Below are positions 63,821 to 64,000 of a stretch of DNA of 64,000 nucleotides, piece by piece. The translations under genes and the position numbers were made by a program. The notes beneath the pieces were generated by a model that did no database searches, was not told the origin of the DNA, and worked only from the letters and a program-made list of their open reading frames with translations. The stretch covers positions 38,558,401 through 38,622,400 of the forward strand of contig NC_057719.1 of NCBI RefSeq assembly GCF_004010195.1, in the 5' to 3' direction. This DNA is from Chiloscyllium plagiosum (lineage: Eukaryota). The stretch's first letter is position 1. Each line of letters starts with the position of its first letter.

Positions 63821-64000
63821 AGGTAAAAACAATGACTGCAGATGCTGGAAACCAGATTCTGGAGTAGTGATGCTGGAAAAGCATAGCAGTTCAGGCAGCA
63901 TCCGAGAAGCAGTAAAATCGACATTTTGGGCAAAAGCCCTTCATCAGGGCTGATGAAGGGCTTTTGCCCAAAACATCGATTTTACTGCTCCTCGGATGCT
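63821..64000. mobile_element. Head-to-head PLE pLTR palindrome (truncated by window end)
   Basis: Arms 63897-63947 and 63950-64000 separated by 2 nt (tcatcag-gg-ctgatga). Confidence 0.88.

Noticed and set aside
1..64000. The window end (...ctcggatgct) seems to continue into the window start (tggatgctgcc...), suggesting circularity
   Set aside because: Both ends fall in a high-copy PLE pLTR that also occurs at ~23 kb; the window is intronic chromosomal DNA, so this is coincidence.

Overview
This is repeat-dense vertebrate genomic DNA, almost certainly from a shark: the LINE, SINE and Penelope families resemble elasmobranch HER1/HE1 repeats (inference from memory, not a search). The only host coding sequence I can support is one 92-bp minus-strand exon (28910-29001) of an MRCK/CDC42BP-type kinase, equivalent to exon 2. 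The rest is probably intron 1 (>35 kb) and intron 2 (>28.9 kb). These introns contain many CR1/L2 LINE fragments, tRNA-derived SINEs, four or five solo LTRs with target-site duplications (TSDs), and a Tigger-like MITE. Two things stand out. (1) About 20 Penelope-like element (PLE) remnants from several sequence-distinct families, most carrying a minimal hammerhead-ribozyme motif with covarying stem II; many are fold-back or ~100-140 bp mini-insertions with 11-18 bp TSDs. (2) A fragmented, LTR-less class I-like endogenous retrovirus (23407-24898) with RNase H end, integrase and an env SU/TM junction whose furin site appears CpG-decayed. Old repeat boundaries are approximate and read by eye; no database searches were run.
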